Assembly: GCA_963528875.1 (NCBI GenBank)
Contig: CAURWT010000001.1
Coordinates: 210,001-242,000, forward strand
Origin: an uncultured Candidatus Saccharimonas sp.
GTDB lineage: Bacteria; Patescibacteriota; Saccharimonadia; Saccharimonadales; Saccharimonadaceae
Length of the DNA: 32,000 nt
Reading direction: 5' to 3'
Part shown: in pieces, positions 31,558 through 32,000 of the stretch
How the letters are laid out: every line of letters begins with the position of its first letter
Numbering within the stretch: position 1 is the first letter of the stretch
Program-made: the position numbers and the translations under genes
Notes under the pieces: model-generated
Seen by the model: only the letters and a program-made list of their open reading frames with translations
What the model was told of the DNA's origin: nothing
The model's database searches: none

Positions 31558-32000
31558 ATGAAACCGAATGAAGATTGGAATCAGGTCGGCCAAAATCAAA
31601 ATTTTGGTGCACCAAATAATTATCCTCAAAATCCTTATCCACCACAACAAAATTACGGTGGTTTTTCGAATAATTTTGCTCAAAATGGTCAATTCCCAAG
31701 TAATCAATTTCCGAATGGACAAAATCCACAGCAACAATTTGGCAGCCAAAATCAAAACTTTGGTGCACAACAGAATTTTCCGCAATATCCAAATAATTAC
31801 CGAAATCAACAACAATTTCCAGTTCAGCCAAATCAACCTGTTCAAAATTCGCAAGTTGCTCCAAATTTAATGCCAGATCAAAATTATTCGCAAGATACTA
31901 CAACTGAAAACCCTTACACAGTTGAGTATCTCAACAAGATTGCGCCCAAAAAAGCCGCTCCGTTTTGGACTAAAGGAAAAATTCTAGGTGCTTCAGCATT
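31558..32000 (+). CDS. Q/N/P-rich protein, N-terminal part (ORF continues past the right edge)
   Basis: Hand translation gives MKPNEDWNQVGQNQNFGAPNNYPQNPYPPQQNYGGFSNNFAQNGQFPSNQFPNGQNPQQQFGSQNQNFGAQQNFPQYPNNYRNQQQFPVQPNQP...TVEYLNKIAPKKAAPFWTKGKILGASA, with no stop before the window end. TGTGATATAAT lies 10 nt upstream. It is absent from the ORF track because it has no stop. Confidence 0.6.
   Translation, partial: MKPNEDWNQVGQNQNFGAPNNYPQNPYPPQQNYGGFSNNFAQNGQFPSNQFPNGQNPQQQFGSQNQNFGAQQNFPQYPNNYRNQQQFPVQPNQPVQNSQVAPNLMPDQNYSQDTTTENPYTVEYLNKIAPKKAAPFWTKGKILGASA

Noticed and set aside
31348-31870. Three overlapping ORFs from the track (31348..31854 -, 31547..31864 -, 31568..31870 +)
   Set aside because: The repetitive CAA/AAT-rich sequence leaves all frames open. 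Only the frame from ATG 31558 has a promoter and continues into ordinary protein sequence.
1-32000. Alternative genetic code (TGA as Trp or Gly), as in some CPR lineages
   Set aside because: All conserved genes translate full length under the standard code with no in-frame TGA. TGA is merely unused as a stop here.

Overview
This is an AT-rich (roughly mid-30s %GC by eye), very gene-dense bacterial chromosome segment. It holds about 36 protein genes and 3 tRNAs, with short intergenic regions, and several housekeeping proteins are shorter than usual. The content fits a small-genome Patescibacteria/CPR organism of the Saccharibacteria type: Gram-positive-style wall genes murE plus a FemAB-family transferase, a VirB2-like pilin, and an LRR/coiled-coil surface protein. 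That lineage call is inference only.

Core genes, left to right: PGI/PMI, murE, tRNA-Ser(GGA), tRNA-Leu(UAG), zwf-HIT, rlmH, a MacB-type ABC pair, tRNA-Ser(GCU), rpsO-pnp, valS, FemAB-like, tsaD, rpsT, and a DHH-like gene with truB and orn.

Accessory content:
- A left-edge MmeI-family Type IIL restriction-modification gene whose nuclease N-terminus is cut off by an in-frame TAA.
- Two small monocistronic cassettes (12.1-13.4 kb) with consensus promoters and long leaders.
- A VirB2-like pilin next to a transglutaminase-fold protein.
- A small secreted W/G-rich protein next to a membrane protein.

The most striking signal is not a gene. The palindrome TTCGAA (mostly TTTCGAAA) occurs about 110 times by hand count, roughly 1 per 250 bp and about 10x expectation. 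It appears in CDS in all three codon phases, in promoter spacers and in terminator loops, yet zero times in the 3.4-kb RM island.

Other observations:
- At least 10 genes have a consensus -10 box only 6-10 nt from the ATG (leaderless design).
- No TGA stop codons occur in about 35 genes.
- A 125-bp perfect in-frame direct repeat lies inside a catalytically degenerate DHH-like gene.
- No CRISPR array, rRNA, transposase or integrase was seen.
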